IMG/VR virus record: IMGVR_UViG_3300047476_000597
Coordinates: 1 to 64,000 of that record
Direction: 5' to 3' (one strand)
Origin: a virus
DNA: 64,000 nucleotides
This document shows positions 1-9,982 of the stretch, one piece after another; position 1 is the stretch's first letter, and each line of letters begins with the position of its first letter. Both the position numbers and the translations under genes were made by a program. The notes beneath the pieces were generated by a model that did not search any database, had not been told where the DNA came from, and saw nothing but the letters and a program-made list of their open reading frames with translations.

Positions 1-33
1 TGGGTTGTCCTTTTATATGCATTTTTATATTGT

Positions 34-754
34 TTACTCATCATCTTCTAACCAGCATATATCAGGAGTAGGATCTTCTTCGTCTTCTTCATCTTCGTAG
101 TCAATATCATCTATCGTTGGTATCCCGTTTATCTTTTCTCTGTACTCATTAACTGGTTTATACGTTTTCTGTACAATATCCCCTTCAGTATCAAGAGCTG
201 AGTCCATCCAGGGGCTTGGTGATGATACAGACCCTTCAAAATTGCACAGACGATTTATCTCTGCATCTGATACATAGGCAAAATAGCTAGATGCTATATT
301 AATAGTTTTGCCGCACCCACACTCATATAACATACAACATTCTTTTTACAAAACAAAACACTAATTTAGCTATCTTTTTTGTATACTACTATTGTACGTA
401 GATAGATGATGTGATTTATAGCTATTTGTCTTTTTCTTCTTGTAGAGTGACTATTAGTTTTTTGTAATCTTCTTCTGAGAATACCTCTCCGTGTCCTATC
501 TCTATACTCTCTTCTTCTGTATCTGTTTTTCTTATAAGAGCTATCTCTACACACAGATACCTATCAGGATTACTGTATGACTGAGCAGTTGTAGCATATC
601 CTATAGCCCCATCTGTTATACCAGCTACAGAGTTTGCTGCATCTATCATACTCTCTACCGTAGCCATAGTATCTTCTACAAACTCCTGCAGCTGGTTTTC
701 TGTGAGTTTTATACTATCTCTTCCGTATTCTTCTATTTGTTTTTTATAGTTCAT
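34..754 (-). other. Two hypothetical CDS (34..333 with acidic tail, 422..754)
   Basis: ORF track; same strand and tight spacing as neighbours. Confidence 0.6.
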
Positions 755-1157
755 TGTTTAACAATAGCTTTTTAGCTTGTTCTATTAATACTTTGTGCCT
801 TTCTGTAGGGTTTCCGTTTGTTTTTCGGGTATGACAAACATCACATACTATAGCAATATTCTCTTTTACATACCGGAACTCCGGGTAAGGACTCTTCTCT
901 ATTAGATGTTCGATGTAGTAGTTCTTTAGTTCACCATACAACCTCTTATCACACGACTGACATACATGTTCACGTTCATTCCATACCTCATTATAGAATA
1001 CCCAGTCCTTCTCATGCTGCTCACTCTGTTCCTGCAGCTGTTCGACAGTTTTCGGCTTCCTTTTGAGAGTGCTGTTTCTTTTCAGTGTGCTTGGTGACTT
1101 TTTGAGTACTGTTCTTCGTTTTAGCATATGTTGTGTGTTTACTGATATAATCTGCAT
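744..1157 (-). CDS. Small HNH-family nuclease
   Basis: CxxC..IEHLIEK..YPEFRY..ENIAIVCDVCH pattern. Confidence 0.7.
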   Translation of the reverse strand: MQIISVNTQHMLKRRTVLKKSPSTLKRNSTLKRKPKTVEQLQEQSEQHEKDWVFYNEVWNEREHVCQSCDKRLYGELKNYYIEHLIEKSPYPEFRYVKENIAIVCDVCHTRKTNGNPTERHKVLIEQAKKLLLNNEL

Positions 1158-1218
1158 ATCTCCCTGTCATACCTCTATATAACATCGTTGTTATCCACTG
1201 GTTCATATTGTCATTGTT

Positions 1219-1822
1219 TTATCCTTCAAAACGATCTCCTATTATTATTTTTGCTTGGTGGTATATCATATCTACTATTCTTTGTGCAAACGTGTTATGG
1301 TAACACCAGTGATGATTAAAATCATGAATCTCCATACAGCCATCCCACTTTACAAAACCGCTGAGTAGTTTAATATCTCTTTTATAAGATTCCTCAAAAG
1401 AATATGTAGTACCATTGTCTCCATCATACTCTATATCATATGGATCACCAGGAGCATCTTCCCTGTAGCTTACTATCTCTAGTCCTTGTATATTAACCCA
1501 AAAAGGACTATCTCCATCTTCTTCCCATAAAAACTTTAAGGCAAACTGCATTTCTCCATCATATACTATCTTCTCTTGTTTCATACTGTTGTTTTATTAT
1601 ACTCTCCACTAATAGTTTTATAGCTTGCCGGTCAATAACATTGAATGGTATCTGGTCCTGAGTAACATCTTTTATGTATCTCACAGGGTCTTCTACTATA
1701 CTCTGTATTACTCTAACAGAGTATACTTTAGCTGCTTCCATAGAGAGTAACTCCCACTCTTCTGCAGAGTTGGGAGTTCTTTCTATTACCAGCTGTTCTA
1801 CTGTTTCTTGTATTGTTTTCAT
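1219..1822 (-). other. Two hypothetical CDS (1219..1584, 1559..1822)
   Basis: ORF track, overlapping start/stop junctions. Confidence 0.65.
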
Positions 1823-2826
1823 TCTTGGTTTTCTTTTAGTAGTCCTATTACTCTAGCTTCAATGTCCTCTGCATACTCACTATTGTCCATCATAAACTGT
1901 CTTACAGCTGTGTTACCTTGTAACTTTACTCCTTCTGATATAGTGAACCATGCACCACCTTTCTCTATTAGCTTAAACTCTATAGCTGCATCTATTATCT
2001 CTTGTAACCTATCTATACCGGTTCCCCATTGTATATAGAACGTAGCCTTACCAAAAGGAGGTGAGCATTTATTCTTAGTAACAGTAGCAGTAGTTCTATT
2101 ACCCTCTTTATCTTTATCAACCTCTTTCTGCAGACTTATCTTAATGTCTGGATAAAACTCCCACGCCTTACCACCTGTTGGTTTATCTGAGGCACCGTAA
2201 CCACCTACATTAGTACGCATCTGTGCAATAGCTATTATGGTAGTATTGTGTGTTTTTAAGAGCCTTTTTATCTTACCCAGTGCTACACTACTAGTTCTAC
2301 CAAAAGGAGCTATTGTTGTGTGTCCTACTTCGTTCTCTACTATTATCTTAGGCTGTATAGCTGTATGAGAGTCTATTATAACCATAGCTAGTTTACCAGT
2401 GGGTATGAGCTCCATTAGCTGGTTATACATGTCCTCTGCACATCCTGGTTGGCCTATACGTAGTTTATTGACATTAACACCTAGTTTCTTAGCATATTTT
2501 ACATCTATAGCTGCTTCACCATCCATTAATAGAACCTCTCTATCTGGGTATTTTTTCTGGCAGTTAGCAATAGCATGAAGAGTCAACGTACTCTTACCTG
2601 ACGAGAATGGCCCTGTTAGTTCTATTAGCTTGCCTTCTACATATCCACCAGTACCAAGAGCCTGATCTAGCAGCAAAGAACCAGTAGATATTACATCATG
2701 TTGTTGCTTTTCATCAGCACCAGACATTATTACTCCAGTGCCGTATTTCTTTTCAAGAGAGTCTAGTACCTTTTGAAACGCATCCTTCTCTTCCTTCTCT
2801 TCTATATTTTTTGTCGTCTTTGCCAT
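1819..2826 (-). CDS. recA: RecA-family recombinase
   Basis: ISTGSLLLDQALGTGG, Walker A GPFSSGKST, DGEAAID, QPGCAE, PTGGKAWEFY, TKNKCSPPF. Confidence 0.93.
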   Translation of the reverse strand: MAKTTKNIEEKEEKDAFQKVLDSLEKKYGTGVIMSGADEKQQHDVISTGSLLLDQALGTGGYVEGKLIELTGPFSSGKSTLTLHAIANCQKKYPDREVLLMDGEAAIDVKYAKKLGVNVNKLRIGQPGCAEDMYNQLMELIPTGKLAMVIIDSHTAIQPKIIVENEVGHTTIAPFGRTSSVALGKIKRLLKTHNTTIIAIAQMRTNVGGYGASDKPTGGKAWEFYPDIKISLQKEVDKDKEGNRTTATVTKNKCSPPFGKATFYIQWGTGIDRLQEIIDAAIEFKLIEKGGAWFTISEGVKLQGNTAVRQFMMDNSEYAEDIEARVIGLLKENQE

Positions 2827-3529
2827 GGTTTATGTTTTTTTATTTTTTCTTTGTACAGATCTAGTAAGACGTAAGAACGTTCTTTTGCTTGGTTGTCTTT
2901 ATATCTAGCTACATCTTTGTTGTATATATAGTATACCTCTGTTATTTGAGTAGGAAGAAACCACGGTGGTTCATATTCTGGGTCTTTATCTAACATACCA
3001 TTATACTCTGCTAGAATCATACCAGTTACATATTGTTGTTCCATCTTGTTAGCTAACTCATTGATTCTCCAATCCCACTCTTTGTCGTATTTTATCTGCA
3101 TTTCTGCTTTGAACTCTTTTATCCATTTCTGTCTTACCTCTTGTATTTTTCTTTCTTCTTCTATTTTTTTCTCCTCACGTTTCTGTAGCTGTTTCTTTAT
3201 CCACTGTATCATAGTTCTCTATATCTCATTAAAAACTGGTGTATATCTATATCCCCATCTGGCCAGTGTTGTAAACCTAACATTGTCCACTCATTTATCT
3301 CACTCTCTATGAGTTTCTGTGCTTTGTCTGACCACAGATGAGTCCAGTGATCTTCTACTGCTCCATCATATTCTTCTATTGGTATTGTCATCCCTTCTTG
3401 CTCTCGTAATCTTTCACAATAGCTATCTACTATTTCAGCAGCTGCTTCACTAAACTCATAGTCATCTGCTATTGTTAGACTGAGTTCTTCTATCCATATA
3501 CCTTCTGGTACATTATTATTTTGTTCCAT
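2802..3529 (-). other. Two hypothetical CDS (2802..3212, 3209..3529)
   Basis: ORF track, translationally coupled. Confidence 0.65.
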
Positions 3530-4634
3530 ATTTTAGTTGTAGTTTTACAATACCGTGGTTCTTGTATGAATCTTCAGAGCTAGTCCACACTCCTGATTCT
3601 AGAGCCCAGTGCAATGACTGTATTATCTTAGTAACACCTGTATATTTTCTACCAGATACATGGAACCCTCTCCATGCTCTTTCTACATCATCTGTAGACA
3701 GTTTGAGTATAATAGGGTCATTGAATCCTGTAGTATCTATGAATACAAACATCATAGGCATTACTGTATAACCCTCTAGTTTGTGTTGTATCAACCACTC
3801 TTTTACACCGTAGTCATAGATAGCTGCTTGTATGTAGTACCCATACTTTAGATACGACCTACCAAGATCTTGCTCTTCATCAGTATCGTAGCTGGTTTTC
3901 CAATCTACCAGCTGCACTGTTTTTGTTTCATGTTCTACTATGAGTTTGTCTGGCATACACTTGTACTGCTTACCTAGTATTTTGAACCTAATAGGCAGCT
4001 CATGGAACACCTCTTTGTACTCGTCTGTCTTAGCATTAACATACTCAGAAGAGAATGGGTGTTCTTTGAGTTTGTTGACCTGTTTCTCGGCACGTTCTAT
4101 TTGGTTGGGTACTACTACTGTCTTACCTATAGTATCTATACATTCATCGTAATACATCTGGCCACCTTCTGTCTGAAACTTGTTCAGTATCCACTCTGGC
4201 TCTTTGTCTTTAAACGCTACTATTTGTCCTTTATAGTTGTACTGAGTACGCTGTAGTGCATCACTGAATATAGTAGCAAAAGAGTCTTGCTGTATCTTTT
4301 CACCATTGTCATTAGCTCGTAGCCCTTCTAGTGTTCTTTTGAATAGATTGTCACATAGGTCACCCATCTGTCCTGTAGGCTTAGGAGTAGATGCTATATG
4401 GAACTTACTATCGAACATACCTTCTTCACCGGCTAACAGACAGTGTATTAGACTACCCATTGTGAGTGTATCTGATTCTTTCTTGTTGATAGTTTCTCCG
4501 AGTACATATTCTTTGAAGAACCCGGCCCTATCATCGTTATACTTTTTGAGTACTGAGTAGGAGATGTCCTCCTTGATGCTTCTATATGTTTGCTCCGAGA
4601 TTCTGGTTTGATTAACCTTTTTTGTTAGTATCAT
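3516..4634 (-). CDS. PD-(D/E)XK exonuclease (RecE/DUF3799-like)
   Basis: ISYSVLK, GSLIHCLL, HELPI..KCMPDKL..VDWKT, YGYYIQAAIY. Confidence 0.85.
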   Translation of the reverse strand: MILTKKVNQTRISEQTYRSIKEDISYSVLKKYNDDRAGFFKEYVLGETINKKESDTLTMGSLIHCLLAGEEGMFDSKFHIASTPKPTGQMGDLCDNLFKRTLEGLRANDNGEKIQQDSFATIFSDALQRTQYNYKGQIVAFKDKEPEWILNKFQTEGGQMYYDECIDTIGKTVVVPNQIERAEKQVNKLKEHPFSSEYVNAKTDEYKEVFHELPIRFKILGKQYKCMPDKLIVEHETKTVQLVDWKTSYDTDEEQDLGRSYLKYGYYIQAAIYDYGVKEWLIQHKLEGYTVMPMMFVFIDTTGFNDPIILKLSTDDVERAWRGFHVSGRKYTGVTKIIQSLHWALESGVWTSSEDSYKNHGIVKLQLKYGTK

Positions 4635-5729
4635 AGTTTTATTGTTTTACCTAGTTCTGTTAATATACACATATGCTCTGTGTTTATTGTAAAAACACCT
4701 TTATTCAGTAGTGCTTTAGCTGTTGTTGTTCTGATGTATTTACTAGTACCCATAAAAACAAAATAATCACCATCACTGACATATCTCATCGGGTAATCTT
4801 TCATCATACTTAGTAGCTCTCTTTGTGTCTCACTTAGTTTTATTATCTTCATTGTTTAGCATATTTATTACATAGTTTACATCTTCATCCTGTCTAAGAT
4901 CTTCTAGTGCTTCTTGTATTTCTGTAGCTGTTATATCTCTATACCTCAACACTCTAGCTGTGGTTATTATACTATCTATTAGCCCTATAGTTATTCCTGT
5001 TTCTGATCTGCAATCAGTTGTTGTCATCAGTTTTCTTTTTTAATTTTTCTAGTAGCATTTTATTTATTTCCATTATCTGATCATAATCTTTTCTTACATA
5101 CCTTTCTCCTTGTTGAAAACCCATACTAAACACGCTTTCTACTATCATTTTTATCATTGGCTCGTCTGATCCATTACCATGATTATTAAACTCCCACGAC
5201 TCTTCATTGATTTTTTCTTTGAGTGGTATACAGTCTGAACCTTTCATTATATCAGCTCCTTTGTATTTATTATACCACTTTACTTTTTGTTTAATGTCAT
5301 GAGTTTTTTTGATGAGTTTTACTACATCATCTATTACTTTACTTACATCTTGCAGTTTGTATTTGTCTTTTTCTTTTATCTTCATACCGACAATATTTTT
5401 ATCTGTCCTTTTAACCCTGCTATTTCTTTTTGTAGTTCTTTTATTCTGTGCTCTAGTAACCCTCTTCCTCTGTTGCTCTCTTCGTATTTTTTTCTGCTTA
5501 TGTAGTGCTCTGTTATTTCTTGTTTCTTTTTACTTATACTCACCAGTGTTATTCTTACTGGTGGTTCATTCCTCATAGCCTCTAGCTCTTTTCTGAGTTC
5601 TTTATTGTCTAGTTCCTGTTGTAGCAGCTGTTGATTAGTTTTCTTCTTTTCTTCCCGGCAGTTATGCAGTAACACTTTCAGCTCACTATTATCTTCCGAT
5701 AACCTCTTTATCTGTTCATCTATTGTCAT
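4631..5729 (-). other. Four hypothetical CDS (4631..4852, 4830..5027, 5014..5385, 5382..5729)
   Basis: ORF track, overlapping junctions. Confidence 0.65.
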
Positions 5730-6010
5730 TGTTCTTCTTGTTTTTTATAAAAAGGACTACCTGGTTTACTACAGGACATCCTTCCTAGTTGCATCATTGT
5801 TATTTCTTTTGCTCCTAGCTCTACTGCTTTTTTTCTTTTAGATAGGCATATATCAAAATGCTCTAGATAGGTACCTTTATCTTGTATCCACTTTCTTTTT
5901 ATTCCTATCTTGTCTACCATCTCCAATAGCTCTTCTGTTGTGTCTGCTATCATATGACACATCTTCATTCTTCCAAAACCTGCTTTCATATTATCTACAT
6001 ATACAGCCAT
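5726..6010 (-). CDS. DUF4031-family protein
   Basis: MAVYVD..MCHMIADTTEEL..IGIKRKWIQ..HFDI..KRKKAVELGA. Confidence 0.8.
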   Translation of the reverse strand: MAVYVDNMKAGFGRMKMCHMIADTTEELLEMVDKIGIKRKWIQDKGTYLEHFDICLSKRKKAVELGAKEITMMQLGRMSCSKPGSPFYKKQEEQ

Positions 6011-6013
6011 ATA

Positions 6014-6515
6014 TCAACACCCATACTGTGGGCTATCAGTTTTTGCTTGTTCCGTATTGTCAGTTAATACTCTTACTCTATGAGCAGGTACCCAACCATC
6101 TCCTACTATGCCATAGTTTACTACTACAATAAAAGAACCAAAGACCTGCCTTTGTTCTATTGTATATTCTCTAGTAGCTAGTGACATTATTTCTTCTTTT
6201 TCATCTCCTTGCCAATCTACAACAGGTACCACTATTGTTTCAGGTAGCTGTCCATCTGATTTTACCAGGTATTCTAATAGATTCATACTACTGTTTTTTA
6301 TTGCTCAACCACTCTGCATGTTTTTCTAGTATCTCCATGTCATAATCAGCTACATCGTGTCTATTACATTGTGCTATTGACATATCTGCAGCTGTCCATA
6401 TTTCTAGCACACCAGGATGTTCTCCATACATTCTTAGGAAGGTAGCTGTACTATAGGCTAGTGCTTGTGTCCATCCTTTATCTATTGCTTGATCTATTTC
6501 TCTTTTCACACTCAT
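6014..6515 (-). other. Two hypothetical CDS (6014..6286, 6288..6515)
   Basis: ORF track. Confidence 0.65.
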
Positions 6516-6517
6516 TG

Positions 6518-6976
6518 TTATTTGTTGTATATTTCGTTAGCAAGATTCATTATATGGAGTGCATCAGCTATATTATCATCAGTACCACTGTAACCATACC
6601 TTTGTTGTGCAGCTGTCACCATAGCTTCTTTATTAGCATTACCTTTACCTGTAGCATATTTTTTTATCTCAGCTGCTGATAATGATGCATATCCTATATT
6701 GTTGTCTATGCAGAACGTTTCTATTACAGCTACTAGTTTAGCTGCATGTATGATAGAGTTCTTATGTTGACCAGCTACACGCTCATACACTATAATATCT
6801 ACATTCTCACTAGCAACAACCTCTTTTAGTTTGTTACGAAACCGGAGCAATTTCATCCCAGAATCTTCGTCCTTGCGTGTTTTCAGGTCCCATAGCCCAT
6901 ATATCTGGTTACTAATAGCCCAACCACAGTTACTAGCTTGGTCTATTCCCAGTATTACCTTTCTGTTTTCTATCAT
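6518..6976 (-). CDS. RuvC-like Holliday junction resolvase
   Basis: ILGIDQASNCGWA, IVYER, IKKYATGKGNANKEAM, DDNIADAL. Confidence 0.88.
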   Translation of the reverse strand: MIENRKVILGIDQASNCGWAISNQIYGLWDLKTRKDEDSGMKLLRFRNKLKEVVASENVDIIVYERVAGQHKNSIIHAAKLVAVIETFCIDNNIGYASLSAAEIKKYATGKGNANKEAMVTAAQQRYGYSGTDDNIADALHIMNLANEIYNK

Positions 6977-6986
6977 ACTATAATAT

Positions 6987-7637
6987 TTAATAACCGTCCT
7001 TTAAAAACTTTTTCTGTTTATTTATTGTTTGTTCTTTCTTTTTGTTCTTGCTTACTATATTACCTATAGTATTTTCATGAACCTGGTATATCTCCGCTAG
7101 TTCTGCTTGTGTTATACCACCTTTTTTAAGACTATCTATTATAGCTTTCTGCTGTTCTTCTGTTAGCTTATTGAGTGGTCTTACCAATGGTTTCAGCTGT
7201 TCTAGACAGTGTTTTTTGTATGCAAGATACTCCTCTTTGAACGTTTTATCAACACTTAGCAGGTCTTTTATTCTCTGAACAGTGTGTGTAACAGTACTAC
7301 CTTCTGTATATCCTAGAATAGGATATATATCCTCTCTTGTTATCTTCATTTGCGTTAGAAGATAAGCTATCATCTGTCTTACCTTGACTAGTTCTGGTTT
7401 TCTAGAGCTACTGGTTACTAGTTCTTTTGACAGCTGCATGTACTCGCATGTTATATCCAATAGATGTTTCTTAGCAGTAGGTCCATAGTTCTGTGTAGAC
7501 ATGCCGGTAGTTTCTATACAGAATAACCTGGCACCTGTGAGTCTTTTATACTCAGCCATGTACCCATCTCTCAGCTTCTTTTTCTGTTCTGGGTCTGTTA
7601 TTATATCGTACCGTTGTTCTGTTATATTAGAGACCAT
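6987..7637 (-). CDS. DNA-binding protein: DnaA C-terminal-like domain plus C-terminal HTH
   Basis: SSSRKPELVKVRQMIAYLL..STVTHTV resembles DnaA domain IV; ITQAELAEIYQVHENTIGNIV HTH. Confidence 0.65.
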   Translation of the reverse strand: MVSNITEQRYDIITDPEQKKKLRDGYMAEYKRLTGARLFCIETTGMSTQNYGPTAKKHLLDITCEYMQLSKELVTSSSRKPELVKVRQMIAYLLTQMKITREDIYPILGYTEGSTVTHTVQRIKDLLSVDKTFKEEYLAYKKHCLEQLKPLVRPLNKLTEEQQKAIIDSLKKGGITQAELAEIYQVHENTIGNIVSKNKKKEQTINKQKKFLKDGY

Positions 7638-8211
7638 AGTTCTTTTAGTTGTTTTTGTATTCTTTGTGTATTCTTTTCCACTATGTCTTTATCATTTTCA
7701 TCTTCTATGCTATCTACACAATCAGCTATATTGTCTATTGCTATATCTATATTATGGTGTACATCATCTAGTTTTTCTTTCAGTTCTTCTATTTCTTTGT
7801 ATAGCTCATAAAAATACTCATAATCTTTTACATAGTTTTCTAGTAGCTGTCTAAACCTGTCAGCTGGTCCTAGAGATAATATAAAAGAGTCACCGGCCAG
7901 TTTCCTATCTAGTTCTAAGAAAAACTGGTTTATCTCGTATCTCATGTCTGGTTGTTGTGTCATAGCTGTTCTGTTTTAATAGTTGCTATAAGATCCTCTA
8001 TGTCAACCTGCTTTACAGCTGGTTGTTTTTTTGGTAGTTGCCTTTTATACTCACTACATAGTGTTTTTATAATATCCAATATCTCTTCTACAGCTACATT
8101 GTTTTCTATACCTACGTATTCTTTTTGAAACATACTAACAGCATCAAAAAGAACCTCTGCTACCAGAGGTCTTTTCAATACGTTTAGTTTCTTTTTTATT
8201 GTGTTACTCAT
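7622..8211 (-). other. Two hypothetical CDS (7622..7963, 7960..8211)
   Basis: ORF track. Confidence 0.65.
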
Positions 8212-9095
8212 ATCATATACATTTCTGCTGCTTTTCTTTTTGGTTGTGTTTTCTCGTATTCTTCCTGTGCTTTTTTACACAGATAGTCTATAGTAGACTT
8301 TCCTTCTTTTATAGCTTGTTCTACACCATCGTCACCGTAATATCCCCATACTGACTCTATAACATCATCTTCACTGTCTATTACTCTCCATCCCCACACA
8401 TCACCTGTTAGATACTGGTCATATGTTTCGACCTCACCTTCTAGATAGTTGGTTGCTTGTTCTTTTGTCCAACCTTCTTTTTCCATTGTTTCTTTAGTCA
8501 TGTAGATATAACCTACCTGGCCGGAGTCCCAACTACAGCTGAAGGAACTAGTGAACATGGTTATTCCTGAATGGTCGTACAGATACAGTGGTAGAATAAT
8601 AGTACCTCTTTTTTCTATTCTATCATACAGCTCAGAATAAGAAAGATCATCATGCCTACAACCTTTGTCATACACTGTCTCTTCCATGAACCTAGCTACC
8701 AGATACAGAGAGTAGTCGTCTTCGTCAGCATAGTTTCTACCGTACTGATAGTTATCTATAAACTCATACAGCTCATCATATGGTATTGTTTCTATCTGTT
8801 TGTTTTTACTAGCTAGCCACTCATTTAGGTTACGTATTATTCCTTGTATATAGTTCTCTTCTTGTGCTGCTTCTCTTCCTATACCAGCTAGTTCGTATAG
8901 TAGGTCTATTGGCTCACTGTAGCTGTTACTAATAGGTTTACCTCTATTCATATCTCCTAGATTGTATCTACTACTCCAACAGCACATTACCCCTGCTGGA
9001 TCCCAATCAGTACGTGGATTCTGTGGGTCATTATCTGATACTATATCTATTCTGTATCCTCTATATTCTATTGATTCTTTTGTGTAGTTACTCAT
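8208..9095 (-). CDS. Conserved phage/ICE hypothetical protein
   Basis: LPLYLYDHSGITM..WDSGQVGYIY..EVETYDQYLTGDVWG motif set, recalled from mobile-element proteins; function unknown. Confidence 0.7.
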   Translation of the reverse strand: MSNYTKESIEYRGYRIDIVSDNDPQNPRTDWDPAGVMCCWSSRYNLGDMNRGKPISNSYSEPIDLLYELAGIGREAAQEENYIQGIIRNLNEWLASKNKQIETIPYDELYEFIDNYQYGRNYADEDDYSLYLVARFMEETVYDKGCRHDDLSYSELYDRIEKRGTIILPLYLYDHSGITMFTSSFSCSWDSGQVGYIYMTKETMEKEGWTKEQATNYLEGEVETYDQYLTGDVWGWRVIDSEDDVIESVWGYYGDDGVEQAIKEGKSTIDYLCKKAQEEYEKTQPKRKAAEMYMI

Positions 9096-9105
9096 TGCTT
9101 CTGTT

Positions 9106-9357
9106 TTAGTTTGTTGTTACTTCTTTTACTAATAAACCTACATCTCGTATGCTAAAAACAGCAAAAGATTCTATACCTATTATTGTCCATACTTTACCAT
9201 CTATCTCTACAGGCACATCTCTTGGAAAAACACTCCATACCGTATCTCTGTCTACAGCACCATCTTCATCTCCTATACCATTTTCTTTTAGATTAACAGT
9301 ATATACTCGTCCTATATTTTTTATTTCAAACTTGTCTCTGTGTATTATCTTTTGCAT
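9106..9357 (-). CDS. Small beta-barrel protein resembling EF-Tu domain II
   Basis: DKFEIKNIGRVYT..VEIDG..TIIGIESF..DVGLLVK vs EF-Tu DVFSISGRGTVVT..VEIVG..TCTGVEMF..NVGVLLR. Confidence 0.45.
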   Translation of the reverse strand: MQKIIHRDKFEIKNIGRVYTVNLKENGIGDEDGAVDRDTVWSVFPRDVPVEIDGKVWTIIGIESFAVFSIRDVGLLVKEVTTN

Positions 9358-9359
9358 TA

Positions 9360-9933
9360 CTATGGTTTTATCTTATTCATTTCTTCTAGTATCTCTGTTA
9401 GAATACGAGCACCAGCTACTCCTACATAGTGGTCAGCCATTCTACGTACTAACTGCTGTAGATTGTGTACAGCATCTGCGTATATTACAGGAGTTTTTAT
9501 CAGTTCCTGTAGTTTAGCTTCTGCTTTTTCTGCTTTCTTTATCCATTCTTGTTCTTCTTCTCTATCTCTTATTGCACTTAGTGAACTTCCCATATTGTTA
9601 TAGTTTTATATTTGATAACGACTTAACTAGTTTATTTATTTCTTTTCTTAGGTATTGTTCTATGGGCTCATAATGACCAGCTGTTATATCGTCTGTACAT
9701 ATTCCACTTTCATGTTGTATAGATGGGCCAGCCTCTATCCATTCTCTTTGATCATGTATACTAGTCCATATATATTCTCCTAAAAACATTACCACAGTGC
9801 GTTCTACGTTTGTCTGTATCTCTAGATATACCCATGGCTCCATTCCATATTTTTCACTATACAGCTGCTCTTGTAGCTGGTTATTAATATTTTCTACAGC
9901 TTGTATTAGTTCTATTGTTTCTTGTTTGTTCAT
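9360..9933 (-). other. Two hypothetical CDS (9360..9593, 9598..9933)
   Basis: ORF track. Confidence 0.65.
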
Positions 9934-9982
9934 TGGTTCTGTTTTATAACGGCAGTAACGTTATTGCTACTGCCGTTGGTTA

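Noticed and set aside
1819-2826. Host chromosomal origin suggested by recA, polA and ssrA
   Set aside because: Genes are divergent and embedded among phage-type small ORFs with no host synteny
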